Below, one piece after another: positions 29,018-39,049 of a stretch of DNA of 64,000 bases (positions within the stretch are counted from its first letter, which is position 1; every line of letters starts with the position of its first letter). Location of the stretch: NCBI GenBank assembly GCA_965223005.1, contig CBDCVK010000010.1:64001-128000 (forward strand), read 5' to 3'. This stretch comes from Terriglobia bacterium (lineage in GTDB: Bacteria > Acidobacteriota > Terriglobia > JAJPHL01 > JAPKYU01). The notes under the pieces were generated by a model. It made no database searches, was not told the origin of the DNA, and worked only from the letters and a program-made list of their open reading frames with translations. A program made the translations under genes and the position numbers.

Positions 29018-29945
29018 CTAGCTCCACGCGACGATTGAGGGTGCGCCCCTGGTCAGTGTCGTTGCTGGCTGCCGGGGCAAGGTAGCCCACACCTTCGCTC
29101 CGCAAGCGATTTCGCGCAATACCATAGTCTGCGATGAGTGCGTCGGCGACAGCTCTGGCCCGGCGCTGGGAAAGATCCATGTTGTAGTCGAAACGACCGG
29201 AATTATCGGTGTGCCCGACCACAATGAGCTTCAGCGATGACTGCGAGCCAAGGAGCTTGGCGATCTCGTCCAGCGTCACCTTGGACTCCGGCTTGATGCT
29301 CGCCCGGTCATGCTCGAAATAGATACCGTAAAGCACCACCTTCCCCCTTGCTCCTATGTCGAGCTGCATCTTTTCGGCGTTGATCATCTGCATTTCCATC
29401 GTCTTGGTCTCGGCCGCGATCACGCGCACCCGCTGTCCGTCACCGCCGCTGTGCGGACTGACCAGCACCGACAGATAAATCTCTCCGGCACCCGAACTCT
29501 TCTTTGCAGATAGATAATAAATCTCATTGCCAATCGAGGTCTTATCGAGAATCTCCACCGGGTGCTTGTACTTGAAGTCGTAGGGACGAATGTCGCCCGG
29601 TCCGCCCGAAAAGATCGATTCATAGCCCGCTTCACCGACTCTCGCCTGGAAATTCCGGAACACCTCGAGCGCCGACACGCCCGGAGGCACACGGTATAGA
29701 ATCCGAGTGATTTTGCCCTCGACCCTCCGGGCCGTCTTTTCAGCGTCCCTGGCGGACCGCACCGGCCCCATAGCCAGCACCGTCTTGCCGTAGTTCTCGA
29801 CCTGGTAGGACTTGATGCCCGAATCTGCAAACCGGCCGATGCCCGGGTAGTCCGCACTGCCAGCAACATCTTTGGCGGCGACGCTCGGCGAGACGACAGC
29901 CAGGCAGAGTACCGAGAGAGTGAGGGGATGAGTGATTGCACGCAT
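29004..29945 (-). CDS. OmpA-family protein with DUF4892-like N-domain
   Basis: Signal peptide; D..GS.DYP...RF; VGHTD, LSQRRA.AV, NRRVELV. Confidence 0.88.
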   Translation of the reverse strand: MRAITHPLTLSVLCLAVVSPSVAAKDVAGSADYPGIGRFADSGIKSYQVENYGKTVLAMGPVRSARDAEKTARRVEGKITRILYRVPPGVSALEVFRNFQARVGEAGYESIFSGGPGDIRPYDFKYKHPVEILDKTSIGNEIYYLSAKKSSGAGEIYLSVLVSPHSGGDGQRVRVIAAETKTMEMQMINAEKMQLDIGARGKVVLYGIYFEHDRASIKPESKVTLDEIAKLLGSQSSLKLIVVGHTDNSGRFDYNMDLSQRRARAVADALIADYGIARNRLRSEGVGYLAPAASNDTDQGRTLNRRVELVKDR

Positions 29946-30088
29946 CGTTTCCTCCTGATTTTATGGTGCTCCCGATTTTATGGGGATTGCCGCTTCAGGC
30001 CCCTGTGGAATTCTACGTGACCTGTGCAGACTCCTGGCCGGCCGGGACCTGGGGTGCGCCATCGCGACCGCCCCGGCGGGCTGCCTTT

Positions 30089-30403
30089 CTATGTCGCTAG
30101 CCGATCCAAGTAATCGATCAGCTGCATCTGCTGCTCCTGCAGCACCTCGATGAATTCCACCCCGATGAATTCCACCTCGCCGCCATGTACGTGGTGGCGC
30201 ACTACTGCCGTCATTTCCGTCTCCTCCGATCCGCCCAGCGAGAATCGCATCGTCACTAACGTGCCCACCTGCGGCAGTTCGGTTCCCTTCACCAGCACGC
30301 CCATACGCGATATGTTCACTACCTGGAATTGCTGGGTACGGTCCCCGAATTCGCAACGAACTGGTATTTCGATCGGGAACCGCGGATGGCGCCGCTTTTC
30401 CAT
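30089..30403 (-). CDS. PilZ domain protein
   Basis: EKRRHPR (RxxxR) and NISRMG motifs. Confidence 0.8.
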   Translation of the reverse strand: MEKRRHPRFPIEIPVRCEFGDRTQQFQVVNISRMGVLVKGTELPQVGTLVTMRFSLGGSEETEMTAVVRHHVHGGEVEFIGVEFIEVLQEQQMQLIDYLDRLAT

Positions 30404-30602
30404 GAACCCTACCCGGACTCTCCTACGAGCCAGCGAGAATAAGTGTCTTGATAACGTATACCACAACGAGAGAGTCCCTTACGTTGGGAAAATGATTCTT
30501 GCTCGGTACATGAAGCAGGCCTGACACAAAGTGGCTGGCCTGAAATTCTCGATCGTAGGCGCGAGTCAAAGAACACCACTCACCCTCCAGGCTTGGAACA
30601 TA

Positions 30603-30637
30603 GGTAAACACTAGCCCGTAGGGGAGACCTCCCCGGC
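30603..30637 (+). repeat. Island motif copy A
   Basis: GGTAAACACTAGCCCGTAGGGGAGACCTCCCCGGC, similar to copies at 31712, 45471 and 50300. Confidence 0.7.
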
Positions 30638-30660
30638 GCTGCTGGTGAAAAGGAGGTAGG

Positions 30661-31524
30661 TCACTTCGGCGGGTTCTTTCCAGCGTGCTTGGCACGGATG
30701 GCCTTGGCGCGGGCCTCCAGTTTGGCGGCCTCGGCCTCCCTGTTCGTCTTCCGTAGAAGCTCAGCGTAGTTGTCGAGGGTCTTGGCTACCTCCAGGCGCT
30801 CCGGCCCCAGGGCCTTCTCGCGAATCGCCAGCGCTCGCCGGAACAGCGGTTCGGCCTCGGCGTACTTGGCCTGGGCGGTGTAAAGCGCTGCCAGGTTGTC
30901 GAGGATTGGAACCACCACTTCCACCACTCGAGGATCCTCCGGCTCCAGCTCCTTCTCGGCGACCCGCTTCTCGACGATCGCCAGCGCCCTCTGCAAGAGC
31001 GGCTCGGCCTCGGCGTACCTTCCCTGGGCGCGGTAGACCGCTCCCATAGCGCTCAGACTGATTGCCAATTGCGGGTCCTCTCCGAACTTTTCCGCCTCCT
31101 TTTCGTCGATCGCCAGCACCCGCCGCAAGAGCGGCTCGGCCTCGGCGTACTTGCCCTGGGCGGTGTAAAGCGCTGCCAGGTTGTCGAGGCTGCTCGTCAC
31201 GTCGGGATGCTCCGGCGGCATGGCCTTCTCGGCGACCGCCAGCGCCCTCCACAAGAGCGGCTCGGCCTCGGCGTACCTATCCTGGGCGCGGTAGACCGTT
31301 CCCAGGGCGCCCAGGTTGACTGCCAAACGCCGGTCCTGCTCTCCGAACTTTTCCGCCTCCTTCAGCGCGGTGAGCAGTTGTTTCTCGGCCGCGGCGTACT
31401 GATCCCGGTCGAAGGCCACCTTAGCGGCGTCCATGTACTTCTTCCAGGCCGTGTCTTGAGCCACGACAAGAGAAGCCAGACACAATATTCCCGGTAGCAG
31501 CCAGCCAGTTTTGGCTTTCGTCAT
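30661..31524 (-). CDS. Secreted TPR protein (kinesin-light-chain-type repeats)
   Basis: Signal peptide; repeated LDNLAALYTAQGKYAEAEPLL.RALAI.EK with near-identical DNA repeats. Confidence 0.9.
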   Translation of the reverse strand: MTKAKTGWLLPGILCLASLVVAQDTAWKKYMDAAKVAFDRDQYAAAEKQLLTALKEAEKFGEQDRRLAVNLGALGTVYRAQDRYAEAEPLLWRALAVAEKAMPPEHPDVTSSLDNLAALYTAQGKYAEAEPLLRRVLAIDEKEAEKFGEDPQLAISLSAMGAVYRAQGRYAEAEPLLQRALAIVEKRVAEKELEPEDPRVVEVVVPILDNLAALYTAQAKYAEAEPLFRRALAIREKALGPERLEVAKTLDNYAELLRKTNREAEAAKLEARAKAIRAKHAGKNPPK

Positions 31525-31680
31525 CTAGGACTCCTATGGCAAACGGTAGGGCAGCCGATTCTCCCCTTGGGCGAATGATACGCCGATTCGCCAGGCCGGA
31601 CGGCTTCGGTTGTCTTGGTAACGACGCAAGTGATGAGGTTCGCCTTGTTCCAGCCGTGGGCCTTAAATATGGCTGCAAGC

Positions 31681-31746
31681 CTCTGAGTACAAGACGGTTG
31701 CCTCAGATCCGGTGGATAGGTCCCCACAAGTCGGTTAGCGTTTACC
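31681..31746 (-). repeat. Island motif copy B
   Basis: Reverse complement matches 45471-45536 at 56/66 positions (manual alignment). Confidence 0.85.
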
Positions 31747-31813
31747 ACATAGGCTCCGGAGCCAAGCACCCGGGGCTCCGCCATTTCATTTATGGATAAC
31801 TGGGGAGATTCAA

Positions 31814-31960
31814 ATGCCCACCGAAATTCAGCTTCCGACTTGCTTGATGGACGCTCTGGAGGATCTCTTCCCGACTCTTGAATGGGAGCGGGTGAGTTTC
31901 TTCATCGGCATCAAATTTCCATTCAACATACGTTCGCGAGCTGGTGCCATCGGGTTTTAA
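31814..31960 (+). pseudogene. Truncated gene start, possibly DUF4157/eCIS-core-like
   Basis: GGGGAG SD; MPTEIQLPTCLMDALEDLFPTLEWERVSFFIGIKFPF... ends after 48 aa. Confidence 0.35.
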
Positions 31961-32123
31961 GGGATTCCGGCAAACATAAGGTTGCTAGAATGGCAGGCAC
32001 CTAACTAACCGATCCGTTTCTGGCCACCTTTATCGGCGCATAAGGACTTATACACCATCCACGCCGCCGCCTTTTCGAGCGATACATCTTCTCCCGCCGA
32101 AACCATACGCGACGGACTATCCA

Positions 32124-33101
32124 TCAAAATGTCGCGATGGGATTCAAAGGTGATCCGGTGCCGCCACGAATCGGCAGCGGAGCCGCCGTCAGCAGAAATT
32201 CCCACCGGTTTCGGGCGGCCGCCGCATCGGCAAGGGCTTCGAGATCCAGATTGTCGAACAAGTGGACTCCCAAGTAGATCAAGGCGAAATCGTGAACAGC
32301 TGCCGTGAGAGGCGACGGGGACACATACTGCGGATGGTCGCTCCCCATGACCGAGACGTCGCGCTGTTTCAACCACGGGATCACCGAGGGATCGAGCCCG
32401 GCCGAGCGGCCGCCTTCTCTCCTGCCTCGGAGCCACGGCCCTTTGGCCTTCCGGCGGGCCCACACGCCCGTGCGCACGAACAGCACATCCCCGGACGACA
32501 CTTTCACCCCTGCCTTCTGTTCCCACGCCTCGAGATCCTCCACGTAAATGGGCGTGCCGGGTTCGAGATACGGCACACCTTTCAGTCGCGGAATGTCGAT
32601 CAGGATGCCGCGGGTGAAGATGCCATTCTTTACGTTGTGGATAGAGTTTTTCGAGTGTCCTTCCTTGAGCACCGTTTCCGGATCCGGCGTATAGCCGTTA
32701 TAGAAGACTCCGTTCGCATTCATGTGGGCCAGCGAATCGAGGTGCGAATGAGCAATCCCGTGGTAATTGACCGCGATTCGGTCCTTCCCGATCGTCAGCA
32801 TGGTGTGCTCATAAGGATGCCAATTGTCAACAGCCTGTACGGTATCAACGTCCCCTGCGAGGGAGACCGAGAAGCCCTCCTTTACGAGAGCCGCCGCCTG
32901 CCTTCGCTTGGCCGGCGTAATCAAGTTCAAGGCTCCGATCTGGTCGTCCTGGCCCCATCGTCCCCAGTTCGTAAGCTCCGTCTTCCAGCGTTCGTATTCC
33001 GCCTCTGTGACAGTGCGGCCGGGGGGGGGCGTCGCGCTCTGGGAAGACAGCTTGCCCACTGCCAGCGCTCCAACCAGCAATACAAGCAGAAAAATTCTCA
33101 C
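32124..33101 (-). CDS. Secreted cyclase-family (kynurenine formamidase-like) hydrolase
   Basis: NWGRWG.DDQ.GALN, HG..HSHLDSLAH, RGILIDIP, GGTGSPLNP. Confidence 0.88.
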   Translation of the reverse strand: MRIFLLVLLVGALAVGKLSSQSATPPPGRTVTEAEYERWKTELTNWGRWGQDDQIGALNLITPAKRRQAAALVKEGFSVSLAGDVDTVQAVDNWHPYEHTMLTIGKDRIAVNYHGIAHSHLDSLAHMNANGVFYNGYTPDPETVLKEGHSKNSIHNVKNGIFTRGILIDIPRLKGVPYLEPGTPIYVEDLEAWEQKAGVKVSSGDVLFVRTGVWARRKAKGPWLRGRREGGRSAGLDPSVIPWLKQRDVSVMGSDHPQYVSPSPLTAAVHDFALIYLGVHLFDNLDLEALADAAAARNRWEFLLTAAPLPIRGGTGSPLNPIATF

Positions 33102-33156
33102 CGTTCCCTCCCTCCGGTGAATTCACCGTGCCATTATCGGAAGTGGTTGAAACAAA

Positions 33157-33201
33157 TGGTAGGCCCGAGCAGGCTCGAACCGCTGACCTCTACCGTGTCA
33201 A
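33157..33201 (-). repeat. att-like copy of tRNA-Val 3' end
   Basis: 45 bp matching 50838-50882 with one mismatch. Confidence 0.93.
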
Positions 33202-33431
33202 TTCTCTGAACCATGTTACAAGGGATGACAAGGAGTGAGCCTAAGTGATACGGGCAGCAAGGGATCACTCGATTCAACCGTTGTGCAGGGTAACACTGAG
33301 GCACACCGAGTGACAAGGAGTTAGCTGGGCTTGGATGGCAGGGTTACGTCACAAAGCACGTCACAATCCTACAGCGCGAGCCCAGAAGAACGCTCGCATG
33401 GGTCCATAACGCTGCCTATCGGGGCCTTGAG

Positions 33432-33530
33432 CGCCTGGTCAAGCACGCGCGCCATTACTGGCTGTTGCTTACGGAGGGTCACTTGATGCGGCAGCCTTTC
33501 GGGGCTGCTGCGGCGGACCGAGGCGTTGTC
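33432..33530 (+). pseudogene. IS1380-family transposase C-terminal remnant
   Basis: RLVKHARHYWLLLTEGHLMRQPFG then frameshifted LRRTEAL, resembling IS1380 C-termini. Confidence 0.65.
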
Positions 33531-33544
33531 GAAGCCGAGCAGTC

Positions 33545-33707
33545 TTTGAGTTCGCCCCAAAGCTCGCAAGACTCCCAGCAGCAGCCAAACAGTTTTCGCT
33601 CTCATCTTGCTGGCCTCCCTTCCCGAAAAGAGCTTGGGTAAGCGATCTAGCCCTTGCCAGCAATGATAGACCGCTTGGCAAGGCCGGATAGCATCGGTTG
33701 TCTTGGT
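33545..33707 (-). pseudogene. Remnant upstream region + signal peptide of a paralogue of the 30661-31524 TPR gene
   Basis: MRAKTVWLLLGVL vs MTKAKTGWLLPGIL; 33662-33707 matches 31574-31619 at 38/46. Confidence 0.7.
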
Positions 33708-33938
33708 GGTGATTCCTAGAACCGGCGGGGGCTATGGCATGCTCGGGGACTACGGGCCTGGCCGTCTCCGCCGGCGGCTAGCACCCAAGGCGCGAAGAAC
33801 TCGGCGAGGTGCTGTGCCTTAGCGACCAGGGCGCCCAACAAAAGCGCCTCTGCCCAAAGCCTGTCGTCACACACGTGTCCGCCCCCTGTCCCCGATGTTC
33901 GCCAAGTTTGCCTCCGTTTGAGCTTCGGCTATCCGGCT

Positions 33939-34028
33939 GGCACCGGTGGCGGTCAAGAACAGGGTGTACCCACTTCCCCGTGCCAGGAAGCTCACGTGGC
34001 TCGCGGTCTCGCCGTGATTTGCTTCAAC
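33939..34028 (-). pseudogene. Fragment of SBBP-protein N-terminal domain
   Basis: [29 protein letters not shown] vs [30 protein letters not shown] in 45720-50234. Confidence 0.75.
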
Positions 34029-34092
34029 GACCGTCGCCCAGTGACTTCTGGACCGTCTGGAATGTTAGGCCGGCTCAATCCACTAGAAAGGA

Positions 34093-36915
34093 TTAACTCC
34101 TGGTGATGAATTCATCCAGATTCAGCAGAAGTCGACAAACCCCGAACCAGGCCGCCGCCTCCACAGGCTCGATGCCCTCTATCTCGATTGCGGGGAATAA
34201 GCTGTCTGCCAACTCTGTTTGTTCCTCCAGAAGCCGCTTCTGCTGCTGGTAGTAGCCAGCTAGGCGATCTTTTTCCTGCGGTTGGGGATCTCGACCCAGG
34301 GAAAGCCGGAAGGCGTAATTCAGCCGGTCCTCCCAGCTGCCTCGTTCCTCCCGCAGAATCCTGACGGCCATCACCTGCGCTGCTTCGACAAATACCGGAT
34401 CGTTGAGAAGGTTCAGCGCCTGCAGCGGCGTGGTGGACCGCTCTCGTTGGGTGCAGGACAGCAGAGACTCCGGTGCATCAAAGTTGACCAACTGCGGGTA
34501 CGGTGTGGTGCGCACGAACAGCCGGTCCTCCCAGCTGCCTCGTTCCTCCCGCAGAATCCTGACGGCCATCACCTGCGCTGCTTCGACAAATACCGGATCG
34601 TTGAGAAGGTTCAGCGCCTGCAGCGGCGTGGTGGACCGCTCTCGTTGGGTGCAGGACAGCAGAGACTCCGGTGCATCAAAGTTGACCAACTGCGGGTACG
34701 GTGTGGTGCGCACGAACATCGTGTAAAGACCCCGGCGGTAGCGGTCCGCTCCGGTGCTCTCTTTCCATTTGCCCTTACCCCAAAAGCCCAACTCCATCAC
34801 CCCCGGCGGCAGGGGCGGACGGGCGCTCTTCCCTCCGATTGTTCGATTCAACAGCCCGCTGGCGGCCAGTGCCGCGTCGCGGACCGATTCTGCTGGCAGG
34901 CGGAGATGCGTCTGGCGGGCGAGCAGCTGGTTATGAGCATCGCGCTGCTGCAAATCGTCTCTCACCTTTGCGGATTGGCGGTAGGTGGCCGACTCCACCA
35001 TGAGTTTGTGCATCCCCTTCATGTTCCAGCCATTCCCCATGAATTCGGTCGCCAGCCAATCCAGCAGTTCCGGATGCGTGGGCTGGGTTCCTTGCGTGCC
35101 AAAGTCCCCTGAGGTTTTCACCAGCCCGTGGCCAAACAGCTCCTGCCATGCGCGGTTGACCCAGACGCGCGCCGTTAGGGGGTTGTCCTTCGCAACCAGC
35201 CACCGCGCGAGGGTGAGCCGGGAAGGATTTGAGCCATTGGGAAGGGAGTTCAGAACTGCCGGTACGTCAGGTTGGACTTCAATCCCAGGATTGGTATATT
35301 CGCCTCGGATTAAGATGTGCGTCTTGGGAGGATCAGGATTCTCGACCAGAATTTGAGCTTCACTCAGTCCTGGATACTCTTCCTTCAGCTTCTTCAATTT
35401 GTCCAAGAGTTCCTTAAACTTCAGTTCCTTGTACTTCATTTCGCCAAACGGTGCTCCCGAAAACCGGACGAAATGGTAGGTCAGCTTATCTCTCTGCTTG
35501 GGCGTTCGTAAGGCAGGGTCGAGCTTTACTATCTCCTGCCCGCCGTCGATTTCAATTTTCAAACCGGCCCAGGTGCTGTCATAGGGAGGATCCGCACCCG
35601 GATTCGCCGCGGCTAGCAGCGCTTTCCGTTCCCAGTCGGGCTGGTATTCTGCGACTTTGTATTCCTCCAACAATGCTTTTCTCTTCTCGTCATACTCCGC
35701 TCTGCCTTGCAGATACGCGCCCAATTCCCACGGACGGGGCGCCTCAATATCCTTCTCCATGGCGGTGTTGAAAAACGCAGACAATTGATAAAAGTCCTTC
35801 TGGGTGATTGGATCGTATTTGTGATCGTGACAGACCGCACAACCCATCGTCACGCCAATCCAGACGGTCCCCACCGTTGATGTCCGATCCACCACCTGTT
35901 TCACGCGATCTTCTTCCTTGTTGATCCCCCCTTCCCGGTTGGTCAGGGTGTTACGCAGAAACCCGGTGGCAATCCTCTGTTGCATCGTGGCATCGGGCAG
36001 CAAGTCTCCCGCGATTTGCTCGACCGTGAACTGGTCGAAACGCATGTTGCGGTTCAGCGACTGAATCACCCAATCGCGCCATTGCCAGGCATGCGGCCGA
36101 AGATTGTCCTTTTCATACCCGTCGCTGTCGGCATAGTGCGCTAAGTCGAGCCACTGCCGCGCCCATCTCTCTCCGTAGTGCGGGGAAGCCAACATGCGCT
36201 CCACCAGCCGCTCATATGCTCCCGGGCGCTGGTCAGCCACGAACCGGGCCACTTCCTCCGGGGTGGGAGGTAAACCGGTGAGATCGAAGCTGAGCCGCCG
36301 GATCAAAGCCACCCGGTCTGCTTCCTCTGACGGCTCGATGCCCTCGGTCTCGAGCTTGGCCAGGATAAACGCATCAATTGGATTGCGAACCCAGGCCCGG
36401 TTACGAACATTGTTGCGCACCTTGGGAAGCGAAGGGCGTTGCTGCGGGCGGAACGCCCAATGCGTGCTCTTCGCTTTCGGCAGTTCCTCCGCTGCTGCTC
36501 CTTGTTCCTCGGGCCACTCTGCTCCCCGGTCGATCCACGCGCGCAGCAAACCCACCTGCTCCGCAGTGAGCCGTTGCCCCACCATGGGCATGATCGCATC
36601 CTTTTTCAGCCCCGCGACCAGGTGGATCAGCTTGCTTTCGGCACTGTTGCCAGGCTTGATCACCGGCCCCGAGTAACCTCCGGCCAGCGCGGCCGCCTTG
36701 CTGTCCAGACGAAGCCCGCTCATCTGCTGCTTCGGACCGTGGCAGGTGTAGCATTTCTCTCGAAACAGCGGCTCGACATCCCGCGAGAAATCAGCCTGGC
36801 TCTTTGCCGCAGGAGGCAGCGCCTGGATGTCTACTTCCTCGGCCAACTGGGGGACGTACAGAATTCCCAGAAGGAAAAGGACCGCAACGCTGGATGCAAA
36901 AACGCGTCCGAACAT
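34093..36915 (-). CDS. Planctomycete cytochrome c + DUF1549 + DUF1553 (PSD1) protein
   Basis: Signal peptide, CYTCH and CAVCH heme motifs, HWAF, SPHYGERWA..WLD, PTHPELLDWLA, TTPLQAL.LLN. Confidence 0.9.
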   Translation of the reverse strand: MFGRVFASSVAVLFLLGILYVPQLAEEVDIQALPPAAKSQADFSRDVEPLFREKCYTCHGPKQQMSGLRLDSKAAALAGGYSGPVIKPGNSAESKLIHLVAGLKKDAIMPMVGQRLTAEQVGLLRAWIDRGAEWPEEQGAAAEELPKAKSTHWAFRPQQRPSLPKVRNNVRNRAWVRNPIDAFILAKLETEGIEPSEEADRVALIRRLSFDLTGLPPTPEEVARFVADQRPGAYERLVERMLASPHYGERWARQWLDLAHYADSDGYEKDNLRPHAWQWRDWVIQSLNRNMRFDQFTVEQIAGDLLPDATMQQRIATGFLRNTLTNREGGINKEEDRVKQVVDRTSTVGTVWIGVTMGCAVCHDHKYDPITQKDFYQLSAFFNTAMEKDIEAPRPWELGAYLQGRAEYDEKRKALLEEYKVAEYQPDWERKALLAAANPGADPPYDSTWAGLKIEIDGGQEIVKLDPALRTPKQRDKLTYHFVRFSGAPFGEMKYKELKFKELLDKLKKLKEEYPGLSEAQILVENPDPPKTHILIRGEYTNPGIEVQPDVPAVLNSLPNGSNPSRLTLARWLVAKDNPLTARVWVNRAWQELFGHGLVKTSGDFGTQGTQPTHPELLDWLATEFMGNGWNMKGMHKLMVESATYRQSAKVRDDLQQRDAHNQLLARQTHLRLPAESVRDAALAASGLLNRTIGGKSARPPLPPGVMELGFWGKGKWKESTGADRYRRGLYTMFVRTTPYPQLVNFDAPESLLSCTQRERSTTPLQALNLLNDPVFVEAAQVMAVRILREERGSWEDRLFVRTTPYPQLVNFDAPESLLSCTQRERSTTPLQALNLLNDPVFVEAAQVMAVRILREERGSWEDRLNYAFRLSLGRDPQPQEKDRLAGYYQQQKRLLEEQTELADSLFPAIEIEGIEPVEAAAWFGVCRLLLNLDEFITRS
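34321..34718. repeat. Perfect in-frame 198-bp tandem duplication
   Basis: Unit starts at 34321 and 34519; 66-aa repeat in translation. Confidence 0.95.
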
Positions 36916-36927
36916 GAGAATGAACTC

Positions 36928-38364
36928 CTATGCCAACAACTTATGCACCACTTCGCCGCCAAGGGTGGTGAGCCGCAAATCATCGAAAACCAATCGCTTG
37001 TGATCGAGACCCAGGCAGTGCAGGATGGTGGCATGCAGGTCGTGGATATGGATCTTGTCCTCGACGATCTGCAGGCCCAGGTCGTCGGTTCGCCCGACGA
37101 TCTGCCCGCTCTTGACGCCCGCTCCGGCCATCCACATGGTGAAAGCAAACGGATGATGGTCGCGCCCCTCACCACCCTCCTCGGGGTTGGTGTCCTGCAC
37201 CAGAGGAGTACGACCGAACTCCCCTCCCCAGATGACCAGTGTGGAGTCCAGCAGACCGCGCTGCTTCAGGTCGGTCAGCAATGCGGCAATCGGCTGGTCA
37301 ATGATTTCGCAGTTCTTCTTGAGACCCTTAAGGAGATTGGCATGGTCGTCCCAACTCCCGTGCATCAACTGCACAAACCGAACCCCGCGCTCGACCAGCC
37401 GCCTGGCCAGCAGGCAGTTGGTGCCAAACTGCTTCGTCGTCTCCTCCTTCACACCGTACATCTCCAGCGTGCTGGGCGACTCTTTGGAGAGGTCCGCCAG
37501 TTCCGGAGCCGCCATCTGCATTCGGAACGCCAGCTCGTAGGAAGCGATGCGAGACGCGATTTCCACATTCCCGGTTTCCAGACGGCGCATCTCGTTAAGA
37601 TCGCGGAGCCCGTCAAGGGCAGATCGCTGCAGCTCCCGAGTAACGCCTTCTGGGTTGGACAGGTAGAGGACCGGGTCACCACTACTGCGGAAGGGAACGC
37701 CTGCGTAGGTGGACGGCAGAAATCCGCTGGACCAATTTCCGCTACCCGCGCCAGGGGAAACCCCTCCCGTCCGCAGCACAACGAAACCCGGCAGGCTGTC
37801 GGACTCGCTCCCCAGTCCGTACAAGGCCCACGCGCCCATCGTGGGGCGCCCCACCAGCGCCGTTCCGCTCTGGAGCATTAACTGGGCCGGGTGGTGGTTG
37901 AACTGCTCGGTGTACATCGAGCGGATCATGCACATGTCGTCGGCATGGTTCGCAAGGTTGGGCAACCAATCCGAAAATTCAATGCCGCTTTGCCCGGAGC
38001 GCTGGAACGTGCGCGGGCTCGCCCAAACTTTGGCCGTCGGCTTGATGAAGGCCAATTTCAAATCCTTGGTCATGGAAGGCGGCAGCGCCTGGCCCTCCCA
38101 TTTCTTCATCTCCGGCTTGGGATCGAACAGATCGATCTGACTGGGCCCGCCGTCCATGTACAGAAGTATGACGTTCTTGGCCTTGGCCGGAAAATGGGGC
38201 GGCTTGACCGCCAGAGGACTGGCGTTTGGCGCCGCTTTCTCAGTGCTTGCTGTCCACCCTTCGCGGGCCATCAAGTGCCACAGAGCGATCGAGCCCAAGC
38301 CACCCGCACAGTCTCGGAAAAAGCTGCGCCGCGTTTGAATTCGCTGGAATTCCTCGAAGTTCAT
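36928..38364 (-). CDS. DUF1501 protein
   Basis: TRRSFF Tat-like motif, GGPSQIDLFDPKP, WDDH, GEFGRTP, GRDHHP. Confidence 0.92.
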   Translation of the reverse strand: MNFEEFQRIQTRRSFFRDCAGGLGSIALWHLMAREGWTASTEKAAPNASPLAVKPPHFPAKAKNVILLYMDGGPSQIDLFDPKPEMKKWEGQALPPSMTKDLKLAFIKPTAKVWASPRTFQRSGQSGIEFSDWLPNLANHADDMCMIRSMYTEQFNHHPAQLMLQSGTALVGRPTMGAWALYGLGSESDSLPGFVVLRTGGVSPGAGSGNWSSGFLPSTYAGVPFRSSGDPVLYLSNPEGVTRELQRSALDGLRDLNEMRRLETGNVEIASRIASYELAFRMQMAAPELADLSKESPSTLEMYGVKEETTKQFGTNCLLARRLVERGVRFVQLMHGSWDDHANLLKGLKKNCEIIDQPIAALLTDLKQRGLLDSTLVIWGGEFGRTPLVQDTNPEEGGEGRDHHPFAFTMWMAGAGVKSGQIVGRTDDLGLQIVEDKIHIHDLHATILHCLGLDHKRLVFDDLRLTTLGGEVVHKLLA

Positions 38365-38468
38365 GGCTTCACTCCTTGCATGACCGGAAAACGCTGGGAA
38401 ACAGGCTCGTCACGGTACCGTCGCTTTGAGGCCTCCCAAATTATAGCAGCCCCTATCCATTCAACTGC

Positions 38469-38650
38469 AAGCTCGGCGAGGGTTACAGAGTGCAGACCGC
38501 CGTGCATGTCCGCAACGTGGTCAACCGCCTGTTCAAGTACACCCGGACAAAAAGTGTTTCCTTCGGCTAGCTCTCCAGCCAAGGCATCGAACTGCCCGAG
38601 GTGCGGCGGGAAGAAGGGCACGCTCTCACCGCTGACGACGCCATTCCGTT
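38469..38650 (+). pseudogene. Tyrosine integrase internal fragment
   Basis: KLGEGYRVQTAVHVRNVVNRLFKY...*..GIELPEVRREEGHALT resembles integrase core-binding region; in-frame stop at 38568. Confidence 0.55.
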
Positions 38651-38797
38651 CCCGAAACTGACAAGCGTGGCGGTTGCAAAGTGGGCAACCATGGTCCTAT
38701 CAGAGACTCGCGACCTATAGCTTTGTTGGGTTATCCGAGGGGGCATAGGGTGTTTAGAGAGACTCGGTGCTGGAGGCACACAGGGCCTAACTAACCG

Positions 38798-38979
38798 CCT
38801 AACTAACCGATGGATACTCTCCCTCGAACCCAAGCGTCTCCAGAACCCGATGGGCACCGCCGGAGAGGATCCTCGGGCTGGCGACAGGGATGACTTAACC
38901 TGTAACAACTTTACGGCCCGAATCTATTAAAGGCACACTTCTATGTTCTGAGAGTTTTCGTTTCGATGATCCGGGTTAG
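38798..38979. mobile_element. Possible MITE/IS-end remnant
   Basis: Left end CCTAACTAACCGAT (also at 32000-32013); right end reverse-complement CTAACCCGGATCATCGA. Confidence 0.3.
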
Positions 38980-39049
38980 CCTGGCCCTGTGGAAGACTTA
39001 GACTCGGCGCGGGAAGTCCCTGTCTCTAACTACCAGCCAAACCCTGGTT

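Noticed and set aside
30820-31350. Near-identical DNA repeats suggesting DGR template/variable repeats
   Set aside because: In-frame TPR units; no reverse transcriptase and no adenine-specific mismatch pattern noticed
34321-34718. 198-bp repeat as a DGR TR/VR pair
   Set aside because: Copies are identical and adjacent; no RT gene
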